NCBI GenBank assembly: GCA_013265495.1
Contig: MU058687.1
Span: forward strand, 4,524,093 to 4,588,092
Direction of reading: 5' to 3'
Source: Vicugna vicugna
Taxonomy: Eukaryota
Length of the DNA: 64,000 bases
Shown in pieces: positions 63,101 through 64,000 of this stretch. A program made the position numbers and the translations under genes. Within the stretch, counting starts at the first letter, position 1. Every line of letters starts with the position of its first letter. Below the pieces are notes generated by a model. It did not search any database, was not told where the DNA came from, and was given only the letters and a program-made list of their open reading frames with translations.

Positions 63101-64000
63101 TCTTTAAATGAACACCTTATTAGAGAATGATCCTGTTAGGTGAATGAAAGGCTGATTACATACCCAGAGGTGCGCTGTGATGAGGCTCAGAGTAACTCAA
63201 TAAGGCAATCTGCTGCACTCTGCATCTGGACTTGAGCCTAAGCATTTCAAACTGGCATCTGGAAAAAGAAAGGGCTCTGGGGAAAACCACACAATAGACT
63301 GGAAATATTTCATCTTTTTTTTTTCTCCCAAGGGGAATTTAGGATGTATTTCTTGGGTAACAGTTTTGAAGAAAGAAGATTGGTCTGAGAGAGAAGCTTG
63401 ATGTGGGCGTGGCCACTTCATACAACCGAACCGCAGGCATTTTCCTGCTTTTGTAGGAGGCTGAGCGACCCAGTGGGCCTTGCCTGTCTCTTTAAAGCCA
63501 TAAATGTTGCCTGGCCGAGAAGTCTAGCATAGCATCTCAGCTTCGTTGAATGGAGATTGTTGAAGAAGTTTGAAGCGATAGCCGTTATGTTCCCTATAGG
63601 AGTAAGTGGGACATGAATTTACTTTCCACTCTTGTGAATTAGTCACGTAAAACACGGGTCTCAGGTTGAAATCAACAACCTTGGACATTGCTGTCTGTTC
63701 TTGTTTATATTTAAAGTCCCCCCTGGGAGCAGCTGTAACCCAGAAGCCCATTTCATTGAAAGCTTACTGGCTTTGGGGATGTATAAGGAAAATTTCTTAT
63801 TTGGTGAATCATTGTCCTAAATGATTCACTTTGTGGAGCAAGCATCTCTGTGATCCTCTCTTCTGCTGCCCACTTTCTCCCTGACAGGTGTAGGCAGGGT
63901 GCTAAAGTCTACATAAGACTCTCTCCTGTGAACCAGAAGATTGGGTTCTCAAAGAGGCAAAGACAGTTGCTAGTATTGTGACCACCTACTGCTGTTTAAT

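Noticed and set aside
63524..63751. 75-aa ORF in a CpG-retaining stretch
   Set aside because: No recognisable homology and no convincing exon structure.
1..64000. CRISPR array, rRNA, prokaryotic operon or endogenous non-retroviral virus
   Set aside because: No regularly spaced repeats, rRNA motifs or viral protein motifs were seen. The coding-like stretches are explained by the GREB1-like fossil and TEs.

Overview
Mammalian genomic DNA, AT-rich and repeat-rich. It is probably camelid: there is a vic-1-type tRNA-derived SINE and I see no Alu, B1 or Bov elements. I find no intact protein-coding gene, RNA gene or CRISPR array. The main signal is a heavily decayed, intron-containing pseudogene on the minus strand from about 37,920 down to about 46. 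Its roughly 18 fossil coding segments translate, through stops and frameshifts, into collinear matches to the GREB1/GREB1L family: the N-terminal domain, the circularly permuted SF2-helicase-like region, the TAGT (TET/JBP-associated glycosyltransferase-like) domain and the C-terminal domain. Unlike GREB1, the body is tandemly repeated, with three helicase N-lobes and three TAGT/C-terminal modules. This implies an ancestral protein of very roughly 4,000 aa, or a tandem gene cluster. All alignments were done by eye against the human GREB1 sequence recalled from memory and need a tblastn/HMM check. The rest of the window is ancient mammalian repeats: a full-length Tigger1, L1M, L2, MIR, MLT1, MER5, MER63 and CR1/L3. 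Repeat boundaries and subfamily names are approximate.
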